Assembly (NCBI GenBank): GCA_030604825.1
Contig: JAUVVB010000010.1
Span: 2,109-66,108, forward strand
Length of the DNA stretch: 64,000 nucleotides
Origin: Chloroflexota bacterium
GTDB taxonomy: Bacteria > Chloroflexota > Dehalococcoidia > E44-bin15
Reading direction: 5' to 3'
Within the stretch, counting starts at the first letter, position 1; every line of letters begins with the position of its first letter. This document shows, piece by piece, positions 39,240 through 49,058 of this stretch. The notes under the pieces were generated by a model. The model made no database searches. It saw nothing but the letters and a program-made list of their open reading frames with translations, and was not told the DNA's origin. Made by a program: the position numbers and the translations under genes.

Positions 39240-40931
39240 ATGAAGTTAACTGGAGCCCAGATCCTATGTGAAAGCCTGATTAAGGAAAAGGTGGAGGTGA
39301 TGTTCGGCGTCCCTGGCGGAGCCGTCCTTCCCTTCTATGACGCCATGCCCCAATATCCCCAGCTACGCCACATCCTAGTGCGCCACGAACAGGGAGCGGC
39401 CCATGCCGCCGACGGCTATGCCCGGGCCTTGGGGAGGGTGGGGGTATGCGTCGCCACCTCCGGCCCTGGCGCTACCAACCTAGTCACCGGGATCGCTGCC
39501 GCCCACCTCGATTCCTCCCCGGTGGTGGCGATAACAGGGCAGGTGGCAAGGCCCTTCATCGGCAAGGATGCCTTCCAGGAGATAGACATCACCGGCATCA
39601 CCCTGCCCATTACAAAACATAACTATCTGGTGATGCGAGCCGAGGATCTGGCCACCGTGGTCAAGGAGGCGTTCCACATCGCCCGAGAGGGTAGACCGGG
39701 ACCCGTTCTTATCGATATCCCCCGCGATGTCTTCATCGAAGAGGCCGAGTTTCGCTACCCCGATAGGGTGAACCTCAGGGGCCGTCGGCCAACCCTCAAT
39801 GGTCACCCGGCGCAGGTGAAGAAGGCGGCAAAGCTGATCAACGAGGCAAAACGCCCCCTGATCATCGCCGGCAGGGGGGTCATCATCTCCGGGGCCTTTG
39901 CCCAGCTCAAAGAGCTGGCGGAGAAGGGACAGATACCAGTGGTCACCACCCTTTTGGGTATTGGCTCCTTCCCCGAATCCCACGTGCTCAGCTTTGGCAT
40001 GCTGGGGATGCATGGCATGGCCTATGCCAACATGGCGGTAAACGCCGCTGACCTCATCATCGCCATCGGGATGAGATTCGACGACCGGGCCACGGCAAAG
40101 GTCTCCGGCTTTGCCCCCCATGCCCAGGTCGTCCATATCGATATCGACCCCGCAGAGATAGGCAAGAACGTGCGGGTGGATGTGCCCATCGTGGGCGATG
40201 TGGCCCATGTGTTGAAAGCCCTCAATGAGCAGGTGGCGCCCCAAAACAGGGTGGAATGGGTCTCCCAGATCGAGGAATGGCGCCGTGAGCACCCCTCAAC
40301 CATTATCCGGGAGACGGAGAGCCTGCTCCCCCAGTATGTGATCCGCCAGATCTATGAGATAACCCAGGGAAATGCTATCATCGTCACCGGTGTAGGGCAG
40401 CACCAGATGTGGTCCGCCCACCACTTCCAGTACGATAGGCCCAATAGCCTGATCTCCGCCGGTGGGCTGGGACCCATGGGCTTCGAGCTCCCCGCCGCCA
40501 TTGGAGCCAAGGTGGCACGCCCCGAGGAGACCGTCTGGTGCATCGCCGGCGATGGCGGCTTTCAGATGACCATCCAGGAGCTGGCGACGGTGGCTCAGGA
40601 GAACGTCACCTTAAAGATAGCCATCATCAATAATAGGTTTCTGGGCATGGTGAGGCAGTGGCAGCAGCTTTTCTACCAGCGTCGCTATGTGGCTACGCCC
40701 CTCGCTGGGCCCGATTTCGTCAAGGTGGCGGAAGCCTATGGCATCGCCGCCATCAAGGTAACCGATAGGCTTCAGGTGATCCCCGCCATCCAAAGGGCCA
40801 TGGAGCATGAAGGACCCTTCCTCATCGACTTCGTGGTTGAGCCCGAGGAGAACGTTTACCCCATGGTGCCCCCCGGTGCCGCCCTGGCGGAGATCATGGA
40901 GGAGCCTAGAGAGGAGGTCAGGGCAAGATAA
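39240..40931 (+). CDS. ilvB: Acetolactate synthase large subunit
   Basis: 563 aa. ThDP-binding GDGGFQM..N..LGMV and FAD-domain motifs. Confidence 0.9.
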   Translation: MKLTGAQILCESLIKEKVEVMFGVPGGAVLPFYDAMPQYPQLRHILVRHEQGAAHAADGYARALGRVGVCVATSGPGATNLVTGIAAAHLDSSPVVAITGQVARPFIGKDAFQEIDITGITLPITKHNYLVMRAEDLATVVKEAFHIAREGRPGPVLIDIPRDVFIEEAEFRYPDRVNLRGRRPTLNGHPAQVKKAAKLINEAKRPLIIAGRGVIISGAFAQLKELAEKGQIPVVTTLLGIGSFPESHVLSFGMLGMHGMAYANMAVNAADLIIAIGMRFDDRATAKVSGFAPHAQVVHIDIDPAEIGKNVRVDVPIVGDVAHVLKALNEQVAPQNRVEWVSQIEEWRREHPSTIIRETESLLPQYVIRQIYEITQGNAIIVTGVGQHQMWSAHHFQYDRPNSLISAGGLGPMGFELPAAIGAKVARPEETVWCIAGDGGFQMTIQELATVAQENVTLKIAIINNRFLGMVRQWQQLFYQRRYVATPLAGPDFVKVAEAYGIAAIKVTDRLQVIPAIQRAMEHEGPFLIDFVVEPEENVYPMVPPGAALAEIMEEPREEVRAR

Positions 40932-41494
40932 TGGCAAAGCATACCTTAATCGCCTTGGTGGAAGATAAGCCCGGCGTCTTAAATCGGGTGGCAAGCCTCT
41001 TCCGCAGGCGCGGCTTCAATATCGAGAGCATCGCCGTGGGGCATGCCGAATTGCCCGGGCTTTCCCGGATGACCATCGTGGTGGATGGCACCGCTGCCCT
41101 GGTGGAGCAGGTGAGAAAGCATCTGGATAAGCTCATCGATGTGGTCAAGGTCACCGACATCACCGACGATAACACGGTAGCCAGGGAGCTGGCGCTGATA
41201 AAGGTCAAGGCCACCCCCTCAACCCGGAGCGAGCTCATCCAGATCGTGGACATCTTCAGGGCAAACATCGTGGATGTGGCCTCCGATTCCGTTACCGTTG
41301 AGGTAACCGGGGATGAGGATAAGATCGATTCCCTGTTTCGCCTGCTGAAAGGCTTTGGCATCAGGGAGATAGCGCGCACCGGCCGCATCGCCATGACCCG
41401 CGGGGCTGCCCGCCCGCTGGTTGTGGAGGGGAAGCCGCAGCGGGAGGCCCCCCGCCGCAGGGCAAAAGGCCCCGATGTGATATCCAATCTATGA
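40931..41494 (+). CDS. ilvN: Acetolactate synthase small (regulatory) subunit
   Basis: 187 aa. ACT domain ([34 protein letters not shown]). Confidence 0.85.
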   Translation: MAKHTLIALVEDKPGVLNRVASLFRRRGFNIESIAVGHAELPGLSRMTIVVDGTAALVEQVRKHLDKLIDVVKVTDITDDNTVARELALIKVKATPSTRSELIQIVDIFRANIVDVASDSVTVEVTGDEDKIDSLFRLLKGFGIREIARTGRIAMTRGAARPLVVEGKPQREAPRRRAKGPDVISNL

Positions 41495-41504
41495 GGAGCA
41501 AGCC

Positions 41505-42497
41505 ATGGCAAAAATCTATTATGACAAGGACGCAAACCTAGACCTGCTTAAGGACAGGAAAATCGGCGTAATCGGCTTCGGCAGCCAGGGGCATGCCCAC
41601 GCCCTGAACCTGAAGCAGAGCGGCTGCGATGTCATGGTGGGTGAGTTAAGGGATAGCGAGCCGTGGCGAAATGCCCAGGAGGCAGGGCTTAAGGTGGCCA
41701 CCGCCGAAGAGGTGGCCAAGGCCTCTGACATAATGGTGATGCTTGTCCCCGACCAGCTCCACCGCCAGGTGTATCATGCCTCCATCGAGAAGGGGCTTGA
41801 TGGAGGCAACATGCTCATGTTCGCCCACGGCTTCAACATCCACTACGGCCAGATAATCCCACCCCCCGATGTCGATGTCACCATGATAGCGCCCAAGTGT
41901 CCCGGCCATATGCTGCGCCGCCTCTATGAAGAGGGCTCCAGCGCCCCCGCCCTGGTGGCAATCCACCAGGATGCCACGGGCAAGGCAAAGGAGATCGCCC
42001 TGGCCTATGCCAAGGGAATCGGTTGCACCAAGGCCGGGGTCCTGGAGACCACCTTTGCCGAGGAGACGGAGACCGACCTCTTCGGGGAGCAGGTGGTGCT
42101 CTGCGGCGGCATCAGCGCACTGGTGAAGGCTGCCTTTGAAACCCTGGTGGATGCCGGCTATCAGCCGGAGATCGCCTACTTCGAATGCCTCCACGAGCTA
42201 AAGCTAATCATCGACCTCATCTACCAGGGAGGCCTGAGCTATATGCGCTATTCGGTGAGCGATACCGCAGAGTATGGCGATTATACCCGCGGGCCGAGGG
42301 TGATCGACGACCTGGTGCGGGAGGAGATGTGGCAGATACTGAGCGAGATTCAGGATGGCACCTTCGCCCGGGAGTGGATACTGGAGAATCAGGCGGGGCG
42401 TCCCAGCTTCAACCTGATGAGGCGCATGGAGGCGGAGCACGAGATAGAGGAAGTGGGCAAGAAGCTCAGGGAGATGATGCCCTGGCTCAGGGGATGA
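41505..42497 (+). CDS. ilvC: Ketol-acid reductoisomerase
   Basis: 330 aa. [13 protein letters not shown] Rossmann motif and C-terminal KARI domain. Confidence 0.95.
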   Translation: MAKIYYDKDANLDLLKDRKIGVIGFGSQGHAHALNLKQSGCDVMVGELRDSEPWRNAQEAGLKVATAEEVAKASDIMVMLVPDQLHRQVYHASIEKGLDGGNMLMFAHGFNIHYGQIIPPPDVDVTMIAPKCPGHMLRRLYEEGSSAPALVAIHQDATGKAKEIALAYAKGIGCTKAGVLETTFAEETETDLFGEQVVLCGGISALVKAAFETLVDAGYQPEIAYFECLHELKLIIDLIYQGGLSYMRYSVSDTAEYGDYTRGPRVIDDLVREEMWQILSEIQDGTFAREWILENQAGRPSFNLMRRMEAEHEIEEVGKKLREMMPWLRG

Positions 42498-42513
42498 AGA
42501 GAAGGGGCTTAGG

Positions 42514-43341
42514 ATGGCTATTCCGTCGGAGAAAAATATAGAACTTCCGCTACTCCTTGAAATAGAAGCAGCAGGAGGGAAGGCAAGAGCATCAGACTTG
42601 TATGATGCTGTAGCAAGGCATTTCCCGAGCCTCACTCAGGCTGACCAAGAAAGGAGACACCTCAAAAGTAACTTGCCTATTTGGCGGAACAGGGTTCAAT
42701 GGGCTAGGCAACACCTGGTTATCAAAGGCGAAGTCGACGCCCCCGCTCGAGGCATTTGGCGGATTACTGGAAAAGGAAGAGAACGACTGGGGAAAGGTGG
42801 ACAGGGTCCGTCGCCACCCCCACCTCCTCCACCTACGATTAGAGAGATATTAGAGAGAGAGACGCAGCAACTCCGCCAGCAGTTACATGACCTATTGATG
42901 AACTTAGACCCCCGACAGTTTGAGCTGTTTGCAACAAAGCTTCTTGAGAGTGTAGGCTTCACAGACCTGGAAGTGACGAACTATACTGGAGATGGTGGTA
43001 TCGATGGCTATGGAAATCTGGAGATGGGAGTGGTCAGAGTTAAAGCAGCATTTCAAGTGAAACGGTGGCGTCAAAATGTGCCCCGTCCTGAGATTGACCG
43101 CTTTCGTGGCGCGATAGCAGGAAGTTTTGACCAGGGGATATTCATTACCACGTCTGACTTCTCAGACGAAGCAAAGCAGGTATCGAGTAGGCCAGGAACG
43201 GTTGCCATTGTTCTAATCAATGGCAATAGGATTGTGGATATCCTGCTGGAAAAGGCATTAGGCGTTAGGCGTGAACCGCTCAGCATAACGAGAATTGATG
43301 AGGATTTCTTCATGGCCTTTGGCATTTCAGGGGAGGAGTAA
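42514..43341 (+). CDS. Mrr-like type IV restriction endonuclease (Mrr_N winged helix, poly-Pro linker, Mrr_cat), about 49% GC, embedded between ilvC and leuA
   Basis: Catalytic-domain signature FELFATKLLESVGFTDLEVTNYTGDGGIDGYGNLEMG...AFQVKRWRQNV...FRGAI matches PD-(D/E)xK Mrr_cat. Proline linker GGQGPSPPPPPPPT. 16-nt gaps on both sides, each with its own SD. Confidence 0.75.
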   Translation: MAIPSEKNIELPLLLEIEAAGGKARASDLYDAVARHFPSLTQADQERRHLKSNLPIWRNRVQWARQHLVIKGEVDAPARGIWRITGKGRERLGKGGQGPSPPPPPPPTIREILERETQQLRQQLHDLLMNLDPRQFELFATKLLESVGFTDLEVTNYTGDGGIDGYGNLEMGVVRVKAAFQVKRWRQNVPRPEIDRFRGAIAGSFDQGIFITTSDFSDEAKQVSSRPGTVAIVLINGNRIVDILLEKALGVRREPLSITRIDEDFFMAFGISGEE

Positions 43342-43356
43342 GCTAAGGAGTGGAAA

Positions 43357-44892
43357 ATGGAGCGCGTTATAATCTTCGACACCACTTTAAGGGATGGGGA
43401 GCAATGCCCGGGGGCAACCCTCAACATCGATGAGAAGCTGGAGATTGCCCACCAGCTAGAGCGGCTGAAGGTGGATGTCATCGAGGCTGGCTTCCCCATT
43501 GCCTCCCCCGGGGACTTCGAGTCGGTTCGCCTCATCGCCAAGGAGGTGAGGGAGCCCATAATCTGCGCCCTGGCCCATGCCAATCCCGAGGCGGTGGACC
43601 GCGCCTGGGAGTCAATAAAGGAGGCAAAGAGGGGGCGGATTCACGTCTTCCTCTCCAGCTCCGACATTCACCTCACCCACCAGCTCAGGATGGGGCGTGA
43701 GGAGATCCTTGAGCTTGCCACCGCCATGGTGGCTCGCGCCAAGGGTTATCTGGAGGATGTGGAGTTCTCGCCCATGGACGCCACCCGCACCAACCCCGAG
43801 TTCATCTACCAGATCCTCGAGGCCACCATCGATGCCGGGGCAACGACGGTCAACATCCCCGATACCGTGGGCTACACCACCCCCGAGGAGTTCTCCCGGC
43901 TGATCAGGGGCATCTTCGAGAACGTGCCCAACATAGATAAGGCGGTGGTCAGCGTTCACTGCCATGACGACCTGGGCCTTGCCGCGGCCAATAGCCTGGC
44001 TGCCATCGCCAGTGGTGCCCGGCAGGTGGAATGCACCATCAATGGCATTGGTGAACGGGCAGGAAATGCCTCCATGGAGGAGATCGTGATGGCGCTCCAC
44101 ACCCGAAAGGACTTTTTCCAGCTGAGCACCAATATCGACACCACCCAGATCTATAAGACCAGCCGCCTGGTGAGTGAGCTTACTGGCTTCGCGGTACCGC
44201 CCAATAAGGCGGTGGTAGGGGCAAACGCCTTCCGCCATGAGGCCGGGATCCACCAGGATGGCATCCTGAAGGAGCCCACCACCTATGAGATCATGGATGC
44301 CCGCACCGTAGGGCTGCCAGCCAGCGCCCTGGTTCTGGGCAAGCACAGCGGGCGTCACGCCCTTAAGGCCAGGCTCGAGGAACTGGGCTATACCCTAAGC
44401 AAGGAGGAGCTAAATCGCGCCTTCTCCGCCTTCAAGGAGCTCGCCGACAAGAAGAAGGAGGTTACCGACCGCGACCTGGAGTCCCTGGTGGCCGAGGAGA
44501 TGCGCACCATATCGGAGACCTATCACCTGGACCAGGTTCAGATTTTCTGCGGCGACCGCAGCGTTCCCACCGCCACGGTCAGGCTCATCACCCCCGAGGG
44601 CAATGTCATCGCCGATGCCGCCCTGGGCACCGGCCCGGTGGACGCCGTCTATAAGGCCATCAACCGCCTGGTGGGAGTGCCCAACGTGCTCACCGAGTTC
44701 AGCGTTAAATCGGTGACCGAGGGCATCGATGCCATCGGTGAGGTGACAATAAGGATAGAGAGCGAGGGGAAGGTGTACACTGGAAGGGGCGCCGCCACCG
44801 ACATCATCGTTGCCAGCGCCAAAGCATATATGAACGCCCTCAACCGGCTCATAGCGGCAAAGGGCATCAAGGGAAAGGAATCCGGGTCATGA
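43357..44892 (+). CDS. leuA: 2-isopropylmalate synthase
   Basis: 511 aa. [18 protein letters not shown]...the LeuA catalytic TIM barrel plus the C-terminal regulatory domain. Confidence 0.9.
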   Translation: MERVIIFDTTLRDGEQCPGATLNIDEKLEIAHQLERLKVDVIEAGFPIASPGDFESVRLIAKEVREPIICALAHANPEAVDRAWESIKEAKRGRIHVFLSSSDIHLTHQLRMGREEILELATAMVARAKGYLEDVEFSPMDATRTNPEFIYQILEATIDAGATTVNIPDTVGYTTPEEFSRLIRGIFENVPNIDKAVVSVHCHDDLGLAAANSLAAIASGARQVECTINGIGERAGNASMEEIVMALHTRKDFFQLSTNIDTTQIYKTSRLVSELTGFAVPPNKAVVGANAFRHEAGIHQDGILKEPTTYEIMDARTVGLPASALVLGKHSGRHALKARLEELGYTLSKEELNRAFSAFKELADKKKEVTDRDLESLVAEEMRTISETYHLDQVQIFCGDRSVPTATVRLITPEGNVIADAALGTGPVDAVYKAINRLVGVPNVLTEFSVKSVTEGIDAIGEVTIRIESEGKVYTGRGAATDIIVASAKAYMNALNRLIAAKGIKGKESGS

Positions 44893-45041
44893 CCTCGGAG
44901 GAGAAAGCTCAAGGAAAGGTCGAGAGCCGCCTGGCAAGCCTGGAGCTAAACTTCAAGATACTGCTGGCATTGATCCTGGTTAGCCTCAGCGCAAGCCTCG
45001 TCGCCCTGATAATAGCCCTGGTGACGCTGCTCACCGCCTAA
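44889..45041 (+). CDS. Possible 50-aa single-TM micro-protein between leuA and leuC ([50 protein letters not shown])
   Basis: The ATG overlaps the leuA stop as ATGA. The ORF ends 26 nt before the leuC ATG. Below the track's length cut-off. Confidence 0.3.
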   Translation: MTSEEKAQGKVESRLASLELNFKILLALILVSLSASLVALIIALVTLLTA

Positions 45042-45067
45042 TGGTGCAACCAAAAGGAGATTGCCCC

Positions 45068-46324
45068 ATGACCTTAGCCGAAAAGATCCTCGCTGCCCAT
45101 TCAGGCAAAGATAAGGTCAGCCCTGGCGAGTTCCTAAGCGTCAGGGTTGACCTGATATTGGCAAACGATGTCACCGCCCCCCTCGCCATCAGGGAGTTTC
45201 GCCGCATCGGCGTCCAAAAGGTCTTCGACCCCCAAAGGGTGGTGATGGTGCCCGACCATTTCGTGCCCAATAAGGACATCCCCTCCGCAGAGCAGGCAAA
45301 GCTGATGAGGGAATTCGCCCAGGAGCAGGGTTTGGTCTATTTCGAGGTGGGCAGGATGGGCATCGAGCATGTGCTGCTTCCGGAGCAGGGGTTGGTTGTC
45401 CCCGGGGATGTGGTCATTGGCGCCGACTCCCACACCTGCACCTATGGCGCTTTGGCGGCGTTTGCCACCGGGATGGGCTCCACCGACATCGCCTCCGCCA
45501 TGGCCACTGGAGAGATATGGATGAAGGTCCCGCCCACCATGAAGTTCGTCTATCAGGGCAGGCCGGGGAGATGGATCAGCGGCAAGGACCTCATCCTTTA
45601 TACCATCGGAGACATCGGGGTTGATGGCGCCCTCTACTCGGCAATGGAGTTTTCGGGCGAGGCCATCGATTCCCTTTCCCTGGACAGTCGCTTCAGCATG
45701 GCCAACATGGCCATCGAGGCTGGCGCCAAGGCAGGCATCTTCAGGGTTGATAAAAAGACCTTAGCTTATGTTCGGTCCCGCGCCAAGCGTCCCTACAAGG
45801 TCTATGAGCCCGCTGAGGATGCTCAATATGCAAAAGTCATTGAGTACGATGCCTCCAATATCGAGCCCCAGGTTGCCTTCCCCCACCTCCCCTCCAACAC
45901 CAGGCCCATAAGCGAGGTGGGCGAGGTGAGGATCGACCAGGTGGTGATCGGCAGCTGTACCAACGGCCGCCTTGAGGACCTGGAGACCGCCGCCGAGGTG
46001 CTCAAATGGAGAAGGGTTCACCCCGAGGTGCGCCTGATCATCATCCCCGGCTCCCAGAAGGTCTATCTTGAGGCGATGCGCCGCGGCCTGATCGAGACCT
46101 TCGTCCTGGCCGGGGCAGCGGTGAGCACCCCCACCTGCGGTCCCTGCCTCGGCGGGCATATGGGAGTGCTGGCAGCAGGAGAGTGCTGCCTTGCCACAAC
46201 CAATCGCAATTTCGTGGGACGCATGGGAAGCCCGGATTCGGAGGTCTATCTGGCGGGCCCGGCAATCGCCGCCGCCAGCGCCATACTGGGCAGGATTGGA
46301 AGTCCGGAGGAGGTGGCGGCATGA
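45068..46324 (+). CDS. leuC: 3-isopropylmalate dehydratase large subunit
   Basis: Aconitase-family motifs (VPDHF, GSCTNGR, CGPCLG). Start set at MTLAEKIL (AAGGAG SD) rather than 45041. Confidence 0.9.
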   Translation: MTLAEKILAAHSGKDKVSPGEFLSVRVDLILANDVTAPLAIREFRRIGVQKVFDPQRVVMVPDHFVPNKDIPSAEQAKLMREFAQEQGLVYFEVGRMGIEHVLLPEQGLVVPGDVVIGADSHTCTYGALAAFATGMGSTDIASAMATGEIWMKVPPTMKFVYQGRPGRWISGKDLILYTIGDIGVDGALYSAMEFSGEAIDSLSLDSRFSMANMAIEAGAKAGIFRVDKKTLAYVRSRAKRPYKVYEPAEDAQYAKVIEYDASNIEPQVAFPHLPSNTRPISEVGEVRIDQVVIGSCTNGRLEDLETAAEVLKWRRVHPEVRLIIIPGSQKVYLEAMRRGLIETFVLAGAAVSTPTCGPCLGGHMGVLAAGECCLATTNRNFVGRMGSPDSEVYLAGPAIAAASAILGRIGSPEEVAA

Positions 46325-46363
46325 AGGCTTTATGGAATCTTTTATTTGAAAGGAGGTGAAGAA

Positions 46364-46567
46364 ATGAAAGGAACGATAAAGAGACTCATCCGGGACCGGG
46401 GTTTCGGCTTCATCGGTGCAGAAGATGGGGAAGAGTTCTTCTTCCACCGCTCCGCTTTGGAAGGGATAGATTTTGAGGCTCTAGAAGAGGGCGACAGCGT
46501 AGAGTTCAATTCGGAGCGGGGACCTAAAGGCCTCCGGGCAGTGAATATAAGGACGATAAAAGCTTAG
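46364..46567 (+). CDS. Cold-shock protein (CspA family)
   Basis: MKGTIKRLIRDRGFGFIGAEDGEEFFFHRSAL, the RNP1/RNP2-like OB-fold motifs. Start set at the internal Met. Confidence 0.85.
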   Translation: MKGTIKRLIRDRGFGFIGAEDGEEFFFHRSALEGIDFEALEEGDSVEFNSERGPKGLRAVNIRTIKA

Positions 46568-46581
46568 CATAAGGGGGTGAT

Positions 46582-46866
46582 ATGCTAACAGTGACAGCAC
46601 ATGCGGCAGAGGAGCTTAAGGCTGTGGCCGAGGCTGAGGGCACAGAGCCTGACCAGGTGCTAAGGCTGGTCCCTGCGGAGTCAGGAATGCTGACTCTGGT
46701 CCTTGATACGGTCAGGGAGGGAGACCAGGTGGTGGAGCATGAAGGAGGCAAGGTACTGTTGGTCGGAGCCGAACTAGCTGACGCCGTTGACGGGCTGATG
46801 CTGGATGCTGAGCATACGGCAGAGGGTTGCCGACTAGTTATATCTGGACCCACTCCCGAAGCCTGA
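46582..46866 (+). CDS. HesB/IscA-fold protein lacking the Cys ligands (degenerate A-type carrier-like)
   Basis: LTVTAHAAEELKA...LRLVPAESG.LTLVLD...EGDQVVEHEGGKVLLVGAELADAVDGLMLD aligns with the IscA fold. Only one Cys, and it is not at the ligand positions. Confidence 0.5.
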   Translation: MLTVTAHAAEELKAVAEAEGTEPDQVLRLVPAESGMLTLVLDTVREGDQVVEHEGGKVLLVGAELADAVDGLMLDAEHTAEGCRLVISGPTPEA

Positions 46867-47027
46867 GTCAACGACGGAGATGTGAGCGAATGCGGCAAGT
46901 GCCACCCCTATCGCCATCAAGGCGGCTGCCCAGCCAGGCGGATTAGCGAACCCAAAGTTCGTATATACCACTTTTAGGCGAAATTCCGTAAGAATGTTCA
47001 GGAAAAAGGGATAAAAAGGAGGTCAGA

Positions 47028-47303
47028 ATGAATATCTACGTAGGCAATTTGTCACGCGAGGTCACAGAGGAGGAATTGCGGGAGGCATTTGAGGCTTTCG
47101 GGCAGATCACATCCGCCAGAATCATCACGGACAAATTCAGCGGCGTATCGAGAGGATTCGGATTCGTGGAGATGTCTGACAAAGCTGAAGCCCAAGCCGC
47201 GATCACCGGCCTGAACGGCAAGGAGCTGAAAGAACGAGCGCTTATCGTTAATGAGGCTCGCCCTCGCTCCGAAGGCGGTCGAGGTGGTGGGCAGCGCTTC
47301 TAG
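47028..47303 (+). CDS. RRM-type RNA-binding protein with a Gly-rich tail (Rbp family)
   Basis: RNP2 IYVGNL and RNP1 RGFGFVEM; C-terminal GGRGGGQRF. Confidence 0.85.
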   Translation: MNIYVGNLSREVTEEELREAFEAFGQITSARIITDKFSGVSRGFGFVEMSDKAEAQAAITGLNGKELKERALIVNEARPRSEGGRGGGQRF

Positions 47304-47442
47304 TAAGCGGCACTCGGACATAATAGAGTCATAGTAGAACTTCGCAAAGCCCAGAAGCGTTATCTGAAATGCCAGGCCGAGCAATGGTCTGACTAGCTGC
47401 CGAGGAGCAGCGTTAGTAGCAGAGGTTAAACTATGGAGAAGG

Positions 47443-47519
47443 CACAACCGGCTGTGGCGATGGCTGCCGCCAGCGCCATACTGGGCAGGATCGCAAGCCC
47501 GGAGGAGATGGTGGGGTGA
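47443..47519 (+). repeat. Diverged duplicate of the leuC 3' end (about 80% nt identity to 46255-46324). It keeps a 25-aa in-frame micro-[31 protein letters not shown], whose stop overlaps the SD of the next gene
   Basis: ggctgccgccagcgccatactgggcaggatcgcaagcccggaggagatggtggggtga compared with the leuC end cgccgccgccagcgccatactgggcaggattggaagtccggaggaggtggcggcatga. Confidence 0.8.
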
Positions 47520-47528
47520 AGGAGGGGG

Positions 47529-48494
47529 ATGTGTTCAGTGAGAGCAGAACATAAAAAACGCCAAATTATTGATAAAGCAAACAGAAGAGCTAAGAAGCTA
47601 AGGCCTAAATGCTTTTTTAGTAGTTGCAGCGAACTTGCAATAAACTCACATTCTCAATCAGTGGGGCGTTCCCTAAAGAATATAAGTGTAGACGATAAAG
47701 TAATAGGGCTTAGTATAGATCCGTTTCGCCCTCCGGAAGATGTTGACGATTGGTTTAAGGAGATAGGAATTAGGCAAGCCTCGCTTTTCAAAGGCTTCTG
47801 CTGGAAACACGATAGTGAGTTTTTTAGATCCGTTGATGATTTCGAAATGGCAGATATGGATAAGGTGACATTGGCAAAATTGGCATTTAGAACGTTCGCA
47901 ATGGCAGTCAGAATTAAACAGCAGGAATCATGCAGGATGTCGACGGTCATTAAAGAGAGTGAAGGAATATTCTATACTGACGACCTTTACTATCATAATG
48001 TAGGCCAGAGAGTGTTTCTAAAAAAGGATTTTCCTTACTATTTGAGTAAATTTGAGAAAATGTTTAATTCTGACAACTACGACGATGTAGAAAGCGCGGT
48101 TTTTTTGCTCAATAGAAACATTGGGATATCATGTTCGACTGTTATTGACCCAACTCTTATAAGCCCAAAAAACCTATACGACCATGATATCGTTGACCTC
48201 CAACCAGCGATGTTTTTTACTGTCTTACCGGATTTTGCCGAAACAACTGTCATATTCACATATTTCATAAACGATAAACAAGCAGCTCTCAACTTTATTG
48301 GAGAGCATGATAAACTAGAGGATATAGTATTCAATCACTGTGAAGATGTATTATTTAATCCTCATTTTTTCCACTCTCTTACTGATAGCCAAAAGAGGAA
48401 AATCGTAAAGGCTTTAGCTCCTTGGATAGTTTGGGGAAAAGTGCAATTCCCCGATTTATTTAAAGTGAATCTAACTTCACCAAATTACTATTAA
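47529..48494 (+). CDS. Orphan 321-aa protein, about 38% GC in a roughly 62% GC context; no family I can assign; basic N-terminus with a Cys/His cluster
   Basis: Long clean ORF with an AGGAGGGGG SD; AT-rich codon usage quite unlike its neighbours. N-terminus KKRQIIDKANRRAKKLRPKCFFSSCSELAINSHS ... GFCWKHDSEFF. Sits between the leuC-end duplicate and leuD. Confidence 0.6.
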   Translation: MCSVRAEHKKRQIIDKANRRAKKLRPKCFFSSCSELAINSHSQSVGRSLKNISVDDKVIGLSIDPFRPPEDVDDWFKEIGIRQASLFKGFCWKHDSEFFRSVDDFEMADMDKVTLAKLAFRTFAMAVRIKQQESCRMSTVIKESEGIFYTDDLYYHNVGQRVFLKKDFPYYLSKFEKMFNSDNYDDVESAVFLLNRNIGISCSTVIDPTLISPKNLYDHDIVDLQPAMFFTVLPDFAETTVIFTYFINDKQAALNFIGEHDKLEDIVFNHCEDVLFNPHFFHSLTDSQKRKIVKALAPWIVWGKVQFPDLFKVNLTSPNYY

Positions 48495-48542
48495 CAAAGA
48501 CATTATCTGAGATTGGGGAGATTTTAGGAAGGGGGATACAGC

Positions 48543-49058
48543 TTGAAACTGCAAGGCAAAGTCCACAAATACGGGGCCAACATCGATACCGATGCCATCA
48601 TCCCCACTCGCTACCTGAATATATCCGAGCCCGCGGAGCTGGCAAAGCACTGCATGGAGGGTATTGACCCCGATTTCGTGGGCCGGATGGAAAAGGGCGA
48701 TTTCATCGTTGCTGGCACCAACTTCGGCTACGGCTCCTCAAGGGAGCATGCCCCCATCGCCATTAAGGAGGCGGGGATATCGTGCGTCATCGCCTCAAGC
48801 TTTGCCCGCATCTTCTTCCGAAACGCCATCAATATCGGCCTGCCCCTGTTGGAGTGTGCCCCGGCGGAGGAGGAAAGCGAGGCGGGGGACATCCTGGAGG
48901 TGGAGCTCAAAAGCGGCAAGATCAGGAACATCACCAGGGATAAGCTTTTTCAGGCCGAGCCCTATCCCGATTTCATGATGGAGCTCATCTCGGCAGGGGG
49001 GCTCATCGAACATACCAAGAAGAAGATAGAGGCGAGGAGGCGCCAGGGTGAGATTTGA
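48543..49058 (+). CDS. leuD: 3-isopropylmalate dehydratase small subunit
   Basis: 171 aa. LeuD swivel-domain motifs ([13 protein letters not shown]). TTG start with a GAAGGGGG SD. Confidence 0.85.
   Translation: MKLQGKVHKYGANIDTDAIIPTRYLNISEPAELAKHCMEGIDPDFVGRMEKGDFIVAGTNFGYGSSREHAPIAIKEAGISCVIASSFARIFFRNAINIGLPLLECAPAEEESEAGDILEVELKSGKIRNITRDKLFQAEPYPDFMMELISAGGLIEHTKKKIEARRRQGEI

Noticed and set aside
39480-40292. 270-aa minus-strand ORF inside ilvB
   Set aside because: Antisense of acetolactate synthase.
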